Assembly (NCBI GenBank): GCA_052327205.1
Contig: CM126223.1
Span: 62,062,001-62,126,000, forward strand
Direction: 5' to 3'
Source of the DNA: Somniosus microcephalus
Taxonomy: Eukaryota
Length of the DNA: 64,000 nt
Part shown: positions 49,480 through 62,234 of the stretch, piece by piece
Layout: each line of letters opens with the position of its first letter
How positions within the stretch are numbered: position 1 is the stretch's first letter
Made by a program: the position numbers and the translations under genes
Notes under the pieces: generated by a model
Told to the model about the DNA's origin: nothing
The model's database searches: none
What the model saw: only the letters and a program-made list of their open reading frames with translations

Positions 49480-51630
49480 CATAGAGCCATTCGGCCCATC
49501 GAGCCCACGCCGGCTCTCAGTAGAGCAATCCAATCAGTCCCATTCCCCCGCTCTATCCCCGTAGCCCTGCAAGTTTATTTCCCTCAAGTGCCTATCCAGT
49601 CTCCCCTTGAAAACATTGAGTGTCTCTGTTTCCACCACTTCCATCAGCAGCGAATTCCAGGTCCTCACCACTCGCGTAAAAAAGTTTTTCCTCACATCCC
49701 CCCTGTATCTCTTGCCCAAAACCTTAAATCTGTGTCCCCTAGTCCTTGTACCATCAACTAATGGGAACAGCCTTACCCCGTCTAGCCTATCCAAACCCGT
49801 TATAATCTTGTACACCTCTATCAAATCATCCCTCAACCTCCTTTGCTCTACTGAAAACAAATCCAGTTTCTCCAACCTGTCCTTGTAGCTAAGATTCCCC
49901 CATCCCCGGAACCATTCTGGTAAATCTCTGCACCCTCTCAAGGGCCTTCACATCCTTCCCAAAGTGTGGTGACCAGAACTGGATGCAACACTCCAGCGGC
50001 AGCCCAACCAGCGCTCCACAGAGGCTGAGCACAACCTCTTTACCTCTGCATTCAACACCTCCACCCATGAAGCCCAAGATCCCACACGCTCCACCAATCA
50101 CTCTCCCAACACGTCCCTCCACCCTCCGGGACCCACGCACACCAACTCCCAGGTCCCTCCGTCCCCGCACACTTCCCAAAGCCGCGCCACCGCCTCTCCC
50201 CGTTCCCCCCGCCAAAATGCATCACCAAACTCCATCCGCCACCCGTCTGCCCACTCCGCCAGCCCCTCCACACCCTGCTGCAGTCAATCGGCATCATCCT
50301 CACTGTTTGCCACACCCCCAAGCTTGGCGCCATCAGCAAACTCAGAAATTCCACTCTGCACCCCAACATCCAGGCCATCCACATACACCAAAAAAAGCAA
50401 TAGCCCCAGCACTGACCCCCGGGGAACACCACTGTCCCCCAGTTCGAAAAACAGCCATCTACCACAACTCGCTGCCCGCCATCCCCAAGCCAGTTCCCCA
50501 CTCAAGCTGCCACTGATCCACCCACTCCACAAGCCCCAACCCTGCCAACCAGCATTCCACGCGGTACCCTGCCAAACGCCCTCCAAAAATCCACGCAGAC
50601 AACATCCACCGCACTCCCCCCACCAGTCCCCTCTGCCACCCCATCAAAAAACTCAACTAGATCAGCAAAACACAATCCGCCCTCCACAAATCCATGCCGG
50701 CCCTCCCCAATCAGCCCAAATCTCTCCAAGCACCCGTCAACCCCTTCCCTGACCATTGCCTCCAAAACCCCACCCACCATCGATGCCAAACCAACTGGCC
50801 CGCAGTCACCAGGACACCCCCCCCCGCCGAACTACGGTGCCACACCCCAATCCTCGGGCACTTCCCCCACATCTAGGGAAGATTGGAAAATTATGGCAAG
50901 CCCTTCTGCTATCTCCTCCCCTAATTCCCTTAGCAACTTGAGGTGCAAGCCATCTGGACCAGGCGACTTGTCCACTCTAAGCATACCCAGCCTTTCCAGT
51001 ACATCCTGTCTATCAATTTTCACCCCTTCCATTGCTTCTACCTTTTCCATTTCTACTGATATTTTGTCAGCATCCACCTCCTTAGTAAATACCGATACAA
51101 AGTACTCATTGAGTATTCTAGCCTTGCCCTGCGCCTCTAAGCACATAACACCTTCTTTGTCTCTAATAGGCCCCAGCCCGCCTCTTACTACCCGCTTACT
51201 GTTTACTTGCCGGTAGAAGATTTTTGGGTTCCCTTTTATGTTAACCGCCATTCTACTCTCATATTCTCTCTTTGCCAATCTTATTTTCATCTTTACTTCC
51301 CCTCTCAACTTATTGTATTTGGTCTGGTTCTCCCTTGAAGAATTCACCTGACATGCGTCATACACCCTCTCTTTTGTTTCATCATCTTCTCTATCTCCCT
51401 CATCATCCAAGGAGCCCTTGCTTTGGTTCCCCTTACCCTTCCCTCTTGTTGGAATGTACCTAGTCTATACTTGGAACATCTCCTCCTTAACGATCACCCA
51501 GTGTGCCGTTACAGTTTTTCCTGTCAGTCTTTGGTCCCATTTTACCCTGGCTAGATCCTTTCGCATCCCATTGAAGTTGGCCCTATTCCAGTTTAGAAGT
51601 TCCACTCTAGATTGCTCCAAAATCCTTTTC
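49480..51630 (-). mobile_element. CR1 LINE ORF2 fragment with a hypermutated tract
   Basis: DKSPGPDGLH and RDDLIEVYKI at the flanks; RT motifs still recognisable but altered in ~49955-50870. Confidence 0.93.
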
Positions 51631-51801
51631 CACTTTTACTAATGGCCACTAATTCATTCTGTACATATTTCCTGTGCCATGGTACATTACATTTTTCCAC
51701 ATTAAAACTCATCTGCCATTCTTTAGCTTATCCACTTTATTTTCCCAGGTTCCTTTGAATGTTCTCAATCACTTCACACTAGTAACCTGGCCACGCAACT
51801 T

Positions 51802-52578
51802 GGTCCCGTAATTCGGGTCGGGGGCTTCCTGCGGGTGCAAGCCCCCGATCTGCACTTAGCTTGCACGCCGGCCGTTGAGCTGTGGGCCCCCATGGAATTC
51901 CGATCCGGGGCCTGGTCCAGCTGCCAGCGCACAGTGCTTGCGTATCCCAGGGGCGCAGTTAGTTCGATGCATCCCCTGGGATCACGTGGGCCATGGGGAG
52001 CCAATCGAAGCAGGGAATGCTCCGTTCATAAGTCTGACAGGAAGTGCTGTCAAGACTTATAAATACTACGGCCCCAAAACAGCACTAAATCTTCAAATAA
52101 TTTTTTTTTTTAAATCACATTTTTAAAATAAACTATAAATTACATGAAATAACTATTTTAAACAATTTAAATTTTTGAAAAAAATTATTTTATTTTCTAA
52201 CGGGGCTAAAAATAAACTTACCTTGCTTTAAAGCATTTAAAAATAATAAACCTGTGGGAAAAAATGTTTTAATTTTAATTAATTCACCACTTACCTTGTA
52301 AAAAGCAGGCCTTGCAACTGCTTTTTACATTTCTAACTTCTGGAGACTTACCTTCCTGGGAAAACCTGTTTTAAAAAAAAAAAAAAAAAAAACGAAGTTC
52401 GATGTGCAGGCGCAGCCTCCCCTGCGCGCGCGTTCGACCTCTGAACCCCTTCGTTCAGAGGAACGGAAGTGCCGGCTTCCCGCGCATGCGCCGTGCATGC
52501 AGGAAACCGGCACTTCCATTGGGCCTACGGGTGAGTACCCCGTGCGTACTCACCCGTGGGGACCCGAATTTCTGGGCC
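51802..52578 (+). mobile_element. PIF/Harbinger-like MITE, close relative of 48180
   Basis: Highly similar throughout; 3' TIR GACCCGAATTTCTGGGCC. 5' TIR degenerate and TSD not matched. Confidence 0.85.
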
Positions 52579-54757
52579 AATGTTAATGAATAGTGTAAAC
52601 AGCAGTGGTCCCGGAATAGACCCCTCAGAATTCCAATTGTTACTGCCCCAACTGGAGCTTTTTCCATTTTTCGTTGTCTTCTGCTTTCTGCTGCTTGGAC
52701 CAGTTATCAAATCAGCTAATTTGTTATTCTATGACCCTCAATCTTAATTTACAAGTCTCACATCAGAACTGTCCAATGCCATCTCAAAGCATTTGTCTGC
52801 TAGTTTACTTCCCTCCTGAAAATTTCTGTAGATTGGTGAAGCATGTCTTGGGCAAGTGATTTGTCACCGTGTGCCATGCCACTTCAAGTCCACTGATTTT
52901 CACCTTGTAGCACAACTTTCCCTGTCAGTTTCTCCTGTCATGGGCACTTCAGTTTTAATCAGCAGCATGATTCAAAGTGTTCTGCCTCTCTCAGTCTGCC
53001 GAAGAATAATGGCATTTTCTACCTGTCACCAACCGCTCAGCCCACCGGCACTGTTTGATATTGAGTCGAATTAGTGTCAGTGAGCTGACTGTTAAACCAA
53101 TTGTTACAGTAACCAGCTCAGCTTACAGACTTTCTCCAGAGTGATCGCCTGAACATCTAAAAACTCTTCAAAGCTGCCAAGAGGTTCCTGAAGTTCTCCA
53201 GCATCTAAGCTGCCTCAGAGCAACGCAAGTTAGCAACGCAGAGACATAATACAGCTGCAGAGAAAGACAACACTTGTCTGTTAGTTGTTAGTGGCCATGT
53301 GCCTGCAACACTCTGACTTGTACAATCAGCAAGTGCTCCGCTTACTGACAGTTAAATTCAGACTTTCATTTTTGGAGTGCTTGCCCACTCCAAGACTAGC
53401 TGTTGGAGTAATTAGGTAGAAACTTGCTTCATTGTTAGGCGGCTGAGAGGCGCAGATTGCCACTACTTTAAAACAGACTGTTGATTAAAATCAAAGCGCT
53501 GGTGAGAGAACAAACTGAAGGGACTGACTCAGATCTGCAAGCAGACTATCCCCAACAACTGCCCCGTGATTTTCAGCAATTTTGCCGTAGCAAACCATTA
53601 GACATGACCTAATATTTCTAAAACCATGTTGACCATTTATTAATATCCTCCAGATGACCATCAATAGTACTCTGTTCTACTAGTTGTATAATGCTCTGAG
53701 TGATTTTTTTTTTTTGTTGAATTTTGCATTAACGTCTGCTGAACTCCAGTCTTCGGGTTTTGCTCCTATATTTATAGAAGTTTTAACACGAGTTGAGGCC
53801 TTTGTGCCCTTTTTGCCTGTGTTGAATTTAGGTTGTTTTTGGGGGCTGATTTTCCACGGTCCCATTTTCCTGTTTCGCACCCCCCCCCCCCCAATACCCT
53901 TTTATATTCGTCTTTACAGTTTTGAATGCTGCAACCGATTTAGCATCAATCGCCACTCGTGTCAAAGCGTTCCACATGCCAGTAACTCCGTGTATGAATA
54001 AAGTTTCTTCTAATCTCCACTTTTGTGTATCTAGTGATCATAGCCCTATGTCTTTGGTTTACTTACCAATGGAAATGATATATGTTAGTTTACCATGTCT
54101 CTTCCTTTTACTACTTTGAACCGCTATCAAATCACTCCTCCCCTCTATCTTATCAGTGTAAGAGAATGCAGACCTAATTGCTCCAGCCTGCAGAGAAAGG
54201 CAACAGCTGTCTGTTACTGGGCACGTGTCTGGCCAGCCAGGGAATAGCTGAATCTGAAGGAAGCACATATGGAGTCTGTAAGACCAGCTGGTTACTGTAA
54301 TATCCTGCCTTAACAATCAGCAAGTGCTGCACTCACTGACAGTCCTCATAAGCCAGCCCCTTCATCCCTGGTATCCTCTTGATCAGCCTGTTTTACAGTT
54401 TCTCCAGGGCTATTATGCGCCACCTATAGAGAGGAGCCTAAAAAAATGATAATCCTCCCAATAGTGAGAGTTACTAAAAATATTAACTGGAGCCTTACTA
54501 TATCCTTGCTTTTCTTAAAATAATTCTATGGTGATCTCATCGTCTAGGTTCCTGTAGACATTTTAATATTGATCAATGTAAAGTAGGTCAGGAGGGAAGA
54601 AATGATAAAATTAACTTTTTCACTATAGTAAAAATTAGCACTCACTTTTTTAAAAAGTTAACTTAATTTAACACTGTTCAATATTTTTTCATTATCAGTG
54701 AGTCCTTTTTGGAGGTAGATTTTATGCACAAGTGAACATTTTGTTTTATTTTAACAG

Positions 54758-54906
54758 GGGTGATTGAGGTGTATAGAGTAACCAAACGTGTTGAGCTTGG
54801 AATTAAAGCAACAGCAGTGTGTAATGAGAAGCTTCAGCTACTGATGAAGGAAATAGAGAAGATCTGGAGTAGCCTGATGATTTTTATGTCTCTCACGCCC
54901 CTCATG
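54758..54906 (+). CDS. SYNRG: SYNRG exon (GVIEVYRVTKRVELGIKATAVC...LTPLM), phase 1-0
   Basis: ttttaacag acceptor, ATG|gtaagg donor. Confidence 0.95.
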
Positions 54907-55590
54907 GTAAGGCTGCCACTGGGTTCTGAACTGAATTTTGCTTCCTTCCTGTAGAAGATGTTTCTGAGCTTCCATTATATTATTGTCGCTCTACAGCTTT
55001 GATATTTAGCTTGGATCTCTCTGGCAACATGTGGGGTTTATCCTGTTCATTGTACAACATTATTTTGAAGACATAATGCTCTATCCGAGTAGAGAGCTTG
55101 GGTTGAACCCAACATGCTATTCCATTCTAAACTGAGAGCTAGAGCTTTGTTCCTCAGGATATTTGTAAAGCTGGGAGTATTTTGAAATGACGTGATCTGA
55201 TTAGAGCAAGAATGAAATTTAGCTTTCAAAGAGTGGCTCGCAGGAGTCATCTTGTTTGACGCAGCAAGAGCCCTTAAAGTAATTCCTCAGATGTCTGGGT
55301 GATGAGGGTTTACCATTTATAGTATCATAACGCCAGTTAGCAGCATGTAAAGTGTAAAGCAGTGGAATAGGGGCATCCATTCCAAGGAGTTTTGTTGGGG
55401 AAAACGCAAATCTTAAGTGCACATTAGCTGTCCCTAAAACTGGAATTTGTCTCTTAGACCTCAGCTGCCAGCCCAGCGTCAATAAGGTAAAGAAACTAAT
55501 CGGCAGGTAGAATGATCTCTGCTCCCCTTATGGGAGAGATCATTTCCCAACTCCACTAGACTTTGAGATCTACAGTAAAACTCTTAAGTA

Positions 55591-56261
55591 CAGGAAACTT
55601 TTTTTATCCGGCACCGACGGGACCGGCATGGTGCCGGTTGATCAAAAAGTCCGGATTACAGAGAGGTATACTTACCAAGGTACGAGAGCCCCGTACACGG
55701 CCACAGGTACAGGAGCCCCGGTTACACGGCCACAGGTACAGGAGCCCCGGTTACACGGCCACAGATCCAGGAGTCCCTGTTGCAGGGCTACAGGTGCAGG
55801 AACCCCGGTTACACGGCCACAGATCCAGGAACCCCGGTTATACGGCACTTGTGCAGGAGTCCCGGTTACACGGCCACAGATCCAGGAGTCCCTGTTGCAC
55901 GGCTACAGGTGCAGGAACCCCGGTTACACAGCCACAGATCCAGGAACCTCGGTTATACGGCACTTGTGCAGGAGTCCCGGTTACATGGCCACAGATCCAG
56001 GAACCCCGGTTACACGGCACTTGTGCAGGAGTCCCGGTTACACGGCCACAGGTGCAGGAGCCCCTGTTGCACGGCTACAGGTGTAGGAACCCCGGTTACA
56101 CGGCTACAGGTGCAGGAACCCCGGTTACACGGCCACAGATCCAGGAACCCCGGTTACATGGCCACTAATATATAGTAAAACTTAACTGAACCTACTTCTG
56201 AATTTTGCCGGTTAAGAAAGATTTCCGGATATTTAGGTGCCGGTTAAAAGAGAGTTTCCTG
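55591..56261 (+). mobile_element. pogo/Tigger-like MITE, copy 3, with internal minisatellite
   Basis: TA-CAGGAAACTT...AGAGTTTCCTG-TA; both ends match copy 1. Confidence 0.88.
55682..56165. repeat. 28-29-bp minisatellite, 17 units
   Basis: Consensus CAGGAACCCCGGTTACACGGCCACAGATC with recurring variants. Confidence 0.95.
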
Positions 56262-57748
56262 TAATCTGCAAGTTTTGTTATATTGGCATCGATATTCTTC
56301 ATGATCTTAAACCAAGCTGGAACTTTCTCTTTTGCTTTGCTTTGGTACTATAAGCTTGGTTTCGGCTTTATTATTGAGGTGAGAAGCTAGAGAATGTTTT
56401 TTTTCCCCCATGAAATGGAGACAGTGGCTGGGAACAAGCAATGGTAGAAATCTTGAGTGGTTTTAAAATACTAATAGTTAAAAATGCATTGTAGTAGAGA
56501 ATCAAAATATCTTGCATTCACTGAGCTTTTTTTCTATAATTGCATTCCTTTGGGATAATACAGAAGGTAAGCAATGCACTTAGTTTTAATCTTTGCTCAC
56601 AAAATAATACTTTGTGTTAGCATTACATTGACACCAGCACCCATGTGTTATGTTAATTCAAGAAAAATGATTTATGGTGATTATAGCTTTGGTTTTTTTT
56701 TAGTGCCATCTTCTCTTTCAGTGGTCTGACAGCTGTTCCTGTAAATAACCATTGTCCCTTACTATCTGGAAACTGCATCTTTTCTATACTGTTCCCCTTG
56801 GCGAGGTGGGTACTTGAGGACGAGATATTACCCCACTTGCTGAATTTAGTGCAGTCTCATGACATGAACAGAGGAGACAGAAATGCAAAGCTTAATTTAC
56901 AGAAGTTGAGTAGCGACTGAGGTGTGAACGCTTTGCACATCTGCATCAAACATTTTTTTTACAGTGACGCAAGCCAATTCTTTAGATCAAAGAAAAGCAT
57001 CTGCCAATTCAATCAAACTGATTTGTTTTTCCATCCTATGACCATGCAGGTCAAAAAAGCCAGCAGATTAGACATTGTCATGATGGTTACAGTTACCAAC
57101 TTAAAAAAGAAACAGTATAATGATTCATAATCTACCTATTTATATGCATTATAAATACATGTATGTGTGATATATACACATTAAAGTAAGACCCAAAAAC
57201 TACACCAGCAAAAAAAAAATAGCATTTTCCTCCAACTACAATGCGTTTTCAGATGCTGTTATCTTCCAGTGCACATTAATTTTGATTTTATACCCGGAAT
57301 CAATTTCTTTACTTCGGTGACTTTAAAGCTTAATGGACCATTTTCTACAGTAGCAGTGTTTATATTCCATCATTCTTTGTGATTGCTGCTTAAAGATCCA
57401 ATCATTAAAATAGCCTTGGAGAACATAAATGGTGAAAATGATTGTTGCAACTGTCCAACTTTAAGTAATGTTGCTTTCACACGTCACAAAAACCATAACT
57501 TTGGAATTCAAAGCATAGCCCTGTGTAACCAAATTGACGCATTTTGACCAAAGCTATAATTGTCTTGTCTTATTCTGAAATAACTATAAAGTTGCAGTGT
57601 CCAGTAAAGGTTTGTATGAGGGATAGTTTTGCTGTTTCTTGGTCTACTGTTCTTAAATTTCAGCTTTGAACTGTCCAAAGTCACATCGTCCCAGTACAGC
57701 CAAAGAAAATGGGAGGAAGTACCAAGGACATCATATATACTGTAATGT

Positions 57749-58658
57749 GGCTTGGAGTTTCTGCTCGATTGCGCTGTTTTTTTTGGGTGCTATTCCCCCG
57801 ATATCGGCGTAACTGGCGCAAAAGATCGTGGAATTTTAAGCACAAATTGCATTCAGCACAACTTGAGTTTCTGCAATCTTTTGCGCTAGTTTATAAAACA
57901 TTGCGCTAGAAGCAGGCCCTGCCCACAAAACTGGCCACCCCCCCCCAGGTAAATTAACCAATGGGAGTTTCTGCTAATTGAGCTTGACGTAAGAAAACTA
58001 CTAGGCACTTGGTCTAAGCATTAAACAAAGCTTTAATCAACTGTTTTACAACACGGAGGTCTAGTTGTGTCCTTCACTAGTTCCTGTTAAAGAATGTCCT
58101 GAGCAAGCTGGGCCCATGCCCGAGTATTTATACTCTCCCTGGACAGCGCCACCAGCAGGCCGTCCAGTATTATTTCATAAGTCATTTCCACATGAACGAC
58201 CAGATTCATGTCAGAGCTCGTTTGCAGGCCTCCAAGGAGCCTCCAAAAATTATGCTGGATTTTTTGGGTGCAAGGACACTAATAGGTACATTTCACAATT
58301 TTAAAAAAATTGCCAAGGAACCCCAATCTAACTAGAAAATATTTTTGTATATTTTTTTTAAGTCATTTAAAATCAGGTTACTCACATTTGGTGGACTAAC
58401 ACTGTGATTTAAAATGCTTATTTTTTGTGATAAACCCATTTTCAGCTGTATTCATCAAACTTTACCACTCATATATCAAGGAATATTTTTTAAAGCAAAT
58501 TTTTTTTTTAAATTATGTTTTAAAACACTGCCCAATTGCACTGGTTCATAGTAGATTTTGTGTTTGGTGATATGCAAATGAGTTTGAACGGAAACTCGGG
58601 GGTGGGGGACACTTTTCAAAACTGCCGCAGTTTGCATCAGAATCGGAAACTCTACCCC
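57749..58658. mobile_element. Older Harbinger-like MITE
   Basis: Imperfect TIRs GGCTTGGAGTTTCTG / CGGAAACTCTACCCC; flanks TGT/TAT. Confidence 0.5.
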
Positions 58659-58763
58659 TATGTATTTATCTCTCTATCTCTCTCTATCTATCTATCTAGC
58701 TATATCTCTATCTATCCAGCTATATGTCTACATCATAGTTACATAGTTTTTATATCAATATTA

Positions 58764-59176
58764 TAATAATAATAACAATCAACTTTATTGTCATTGTTAG
58801 TGCACAAGTGCAGTACAACGAAATGTAGGCTTGCGGCTCCCGAGAGTGTACATTTAGATTAAGACATTTCAACATTCAACATACATTTGGCTTGTAATAC
58901 ATTAACATAAACATAACCATAATAAAGTGCATTGGCAGATGTGCAGGCTTTAGAGTTTATTTGTGGAGTTCAGTAGGATGACAGCCCTGGGAAAGAAGCT
59001 GTTCCTAAATCTGGTCGTTTGGGTGCGAATGCATCTGTAGCGTCTCCCAGATGGCAGGAGGACGAACAGACTGTGGCTGGGGTGGGTAGGGTCTTTGATG
59101 ATGGTCCGTGACCTCCGTAAACAGCGTTTCTGGTATATGTGCTCTATGGTCGGTAGCCGGGTGCTGGTAATGCGTT
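58764..59176 (-). mobile_element. Rex1/Babar-like LINE 3' end
   Basis: Minus strand translates as IIKDPTHPSHSLFVLLPSGRRYRCIRTQTTRFRNSFFPRAV; (TAT)n tail. Confidence 0.8.
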
Positions 59177-59202
59177 AATGCAATTGCACTATAAATTCAT
59201 TT

Positions 59203-61010
59203 CATAGAATCATAGAAATTTACGGCACAGAAGGAGGCCATTTGGCCCATCGTGTCTGTGCCAGCTGAAAAAGAGCTCTCCACCCTAATCCCACTTTCCA
59301 GCTCTTGGTCCGTAGCCTTGTAGGTTACGGCACTTCAAGTGCATATCCAAGTACTTTTTAAATGCGATGAGCGTTTCTGCCTCTACCACTCTTTCAGACA
59401 GTGAGTTCCAGACCCCCACCACCCTCTGGGTGAAAAAAGTTCTCCTCCACTCCCCTCTAATCCTTCTACCAAAACTTTAAATCTATGCCCCCTGGTTATT
59501 GACCTCTGCTAGGGGAAATTGGTCCTTCCTATCCACTCTATCTAGGCCCCTCATAATTTTATACACCTCAATCAAGTCTCCCCTCGGCCTCCTCTGTTCC
59601 AAAGAAAACAACTCCAGCCTATCCAATCTCTCCTCATAGCTAAAATTCTCCAGTCCTGGCAACATCCTCGTAAATCTCCTCTGTACCCTCTCTAGTGCAA
59701 TCACACCTTTCCTGTAATGTGGTGACCAGAACTGTACACAGTACTCTAGCTGTGGCCTAACTAGTGTTTTATACAGTTCAAGCATAACCTCCCTGCTCTT
59801 ATATTCTAAGCATCGACTAATGAAGGAAAGTATCCCGTATGCCGCCTTAACCACCTTATCTACCTGTCCTGCTACCTTCAGGGATCTGTCGACATGTACT
59901 CCAAGGTCCCTCTGTTCCTCTACACATCTCAGTATCTTACCATTTATTGTGTATTCCCTTGTCTTATTAGCCCTCCCCAAATTACCTCACACATCTCCAG
60001 ATTGAATTCCATTTGCCACTTTTCTGCCCACCTGACCAGTCCATTGATATCTTCCTGCAGTCTACAGCTTTCTTCCTCACTATCAACCACACGGCCAATT
60101 TTTGTATCATTTGCAAACTTCTTAATCATCCCCCTACATTGAAGTCTAAATCATTGATGAATACCACAAAAAGCAAGGGACCGAGTACTGAGCCCTGCAG
60201 AACCCCACTGGAAGCAGCCTTCCAGTCACAAAAACATCTGTCGACCATTACCCTTTGCTTCCTGCCACTGAGCTAATTTTGGATCCAACTTGCCACTTTC
60301 CCTTGGATCCGATGGGCTTTTACTTTTCTGACCAGTCTGCCATGTGAGACCTTGTTAAAAGTCTTGCTAAAAACCATGTAGACGACATCAAATGCACTAC
60401 CCTTATCAACCCTCCTTGTTACCACCTCAAAAAAATTCAATCAAGTTAGCCAGACACGACCTTCCCTTAACAAATCCATGCTGACTGTCCTTGATTAATC
60501 CGTGCCTTTCTAAATGACGATTAATACTATCCCTCAGAATTTTTTACAACAATTTGCCCACCACCTAGGTTAGGCTGACTGGCCTGCAGTTACTCAGTCT
60601 ATTCCTTTCTCCCCTTTTGAACAATGGTACAACATTAACAGACCTCCAGTCCTCCGGCACCGCACCTGTAGCCAGAGAGGATTGAAAAATGATGGTCAGA
60701 GCCTCTGCTATCTCCTCCCTTGCTTCTCTTAACAGCCTGAGATACATTTCATCTGGGCCTGGGGATTTATCTACTTTCAAAGGTGCTAAACCCCTTAATA
60801 CTTCCTCTCTCACTATGTTTATCTCATCTAATATTTCACACTCCTCCTTCTTAACTACAATGTCTGCATTGCCCCTCTCTTTTGTGAAAACAGAACCATA
60901 CCCACGGCTTCTGCCTCCTCACACAAACTTCATTTTTGGTCTCTAATAGACCCTACTCTTTCTTTAGTTATCCTCTTGCTCTTTATGTATTTATAAAACA
61001 TATTTGGGTT
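59203..61010 (-). mobile_element. CR1 LINE ORF2 fragment, unedited
   Basis: LYKTLVRPQLEYCVQFWSP, KFANDTK, DKSPGPD; attctatg tail. Confidence 0.93.
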
Positions 61011-61443
61011 TATTGTAGTCAGCTATCCAATCTGGCCAGATGGACCTTCCAACTAGCTGATTTGACTAAAATGTATTGTGGATCACTTTCACAATTAGTT
61101 TTTTAAATGGAAGCCAATTACATTAGGTGAGTTTGTGACTTCATGATGCTGGGTGAGCATCATAAGATCGGATGCTTAATATAAACTTCCTAAAGTGTTA
61201 GACCAAAACTTATCAACTTATTTGCTGAATATGCCTAGTTCAAAATGTCCAGGAGTCCGGTCTTAAATAGTTGCTAATAAGAATTTTGAACAGGAAAAGG
61301 CCATTGGGACACACCCAACAAGTCCTCCATTTATCCAATAGGAAAGTGATTTTACAGTGTGACTGTGAGATAGAGAAGCTATAATTTGAAACTACATTGT
61401 CTGAAATGTAATAGTAAATCTAAGCCATTTGCATTCCTCACAG

Positions 61444-61554
61444 CCAGATGAAAACTCATTGGATTTCTCCTCATGCATTCTACGTCCTGGGATAAGAAAT
61501 GCGAAAGAGCTAGCCTGTGGAGTTTGTCTGCTTAATGTTGACTCCAGAAGCAAG
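61444..61554 (+). CDS. SYNRG: SYNRG exon (PDENSLDFSSC...ACGVCLLNVDSRSK), phase 0-0
   Basis: cctcacag acceptor, AAG|gtaagc donor. Start of the Cys-rich C-terminal region. Confidence 0.95.
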
Positions 61555-62234
61555 GTAAGCGCAAGCTACCTTTCACTTGCTCACATTCCAATAGTTATTT
61601 ACTTAATGGACTAATATAGGGATCAGTAACTTGCAAGAGCAGATCCAGCCCAGTGAGCATTTGTCTATGGCCATTGATGTATCTCTATTCCATAGGTCAC
61701 AGCTAATAAATCAGAAACTGCATGTGAAATACCAGCCAAGCATTTCAAGGTTTTGCTGGTTTTCAAGCCTCGATTGCAGTCCCAGTGCAGTGCATTGTTG
61801 AGCTACAGCATTGGGAGAACCAGGTTTGAATCATAGCCTCAACTGGAAATAATACTCCGGCTTGCCCCAGGTGATGAGTTGTCCATCTCGGCCAGGTGGT
61901 CAGCTACATTACAGCGTGCAGAGGGAGGCAAATCAACATCCACTAAAGTTTTAGCAGCTGCTATGGCTGGCCCAAGAATGGCCCCAACAGGCTGAGGAAA
62001 TGTTGACCGTCATTTCTTCCTTGCCTTCCACTCCCCCGCCAGCCCCCCCCCCCCCCCCACACTCCTCTCTGACTCCTTTCAACCAGTGTCTCCTCTGCGT
62101 AACCTGAAGAGATGAAAGGGAGTTGATGCCAAACACTTTGTGGAAAAAAACTCTTAGCTGATCTTTTGAAGATTAAATCATTCAGCTGATGTGGTGCTAA
62201 CCAGGATACTGACTTCACATCTCACTTATTCCAG

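Noticed and set aside
49889-50941. Many overlapping Pro/His- and Gly-rich ORFs
   Set aside because: Loss of T/A through hypermutation removes stop codons; these are not genes.
53075-54345. Two similar ~150-bp segments ending in actgacagt
   Set aside because: Likely small degraded MITEs, but TIRs and TSDs could not be defined confidently.
55563-56175. 201/152/131-aa ORFs and a CRISPR-like appearance
   Set aside because: The ORFs arise from a 29-bp minisatellite. There are no unique spacers or cas genes, and the context is a eukaryotic intron.
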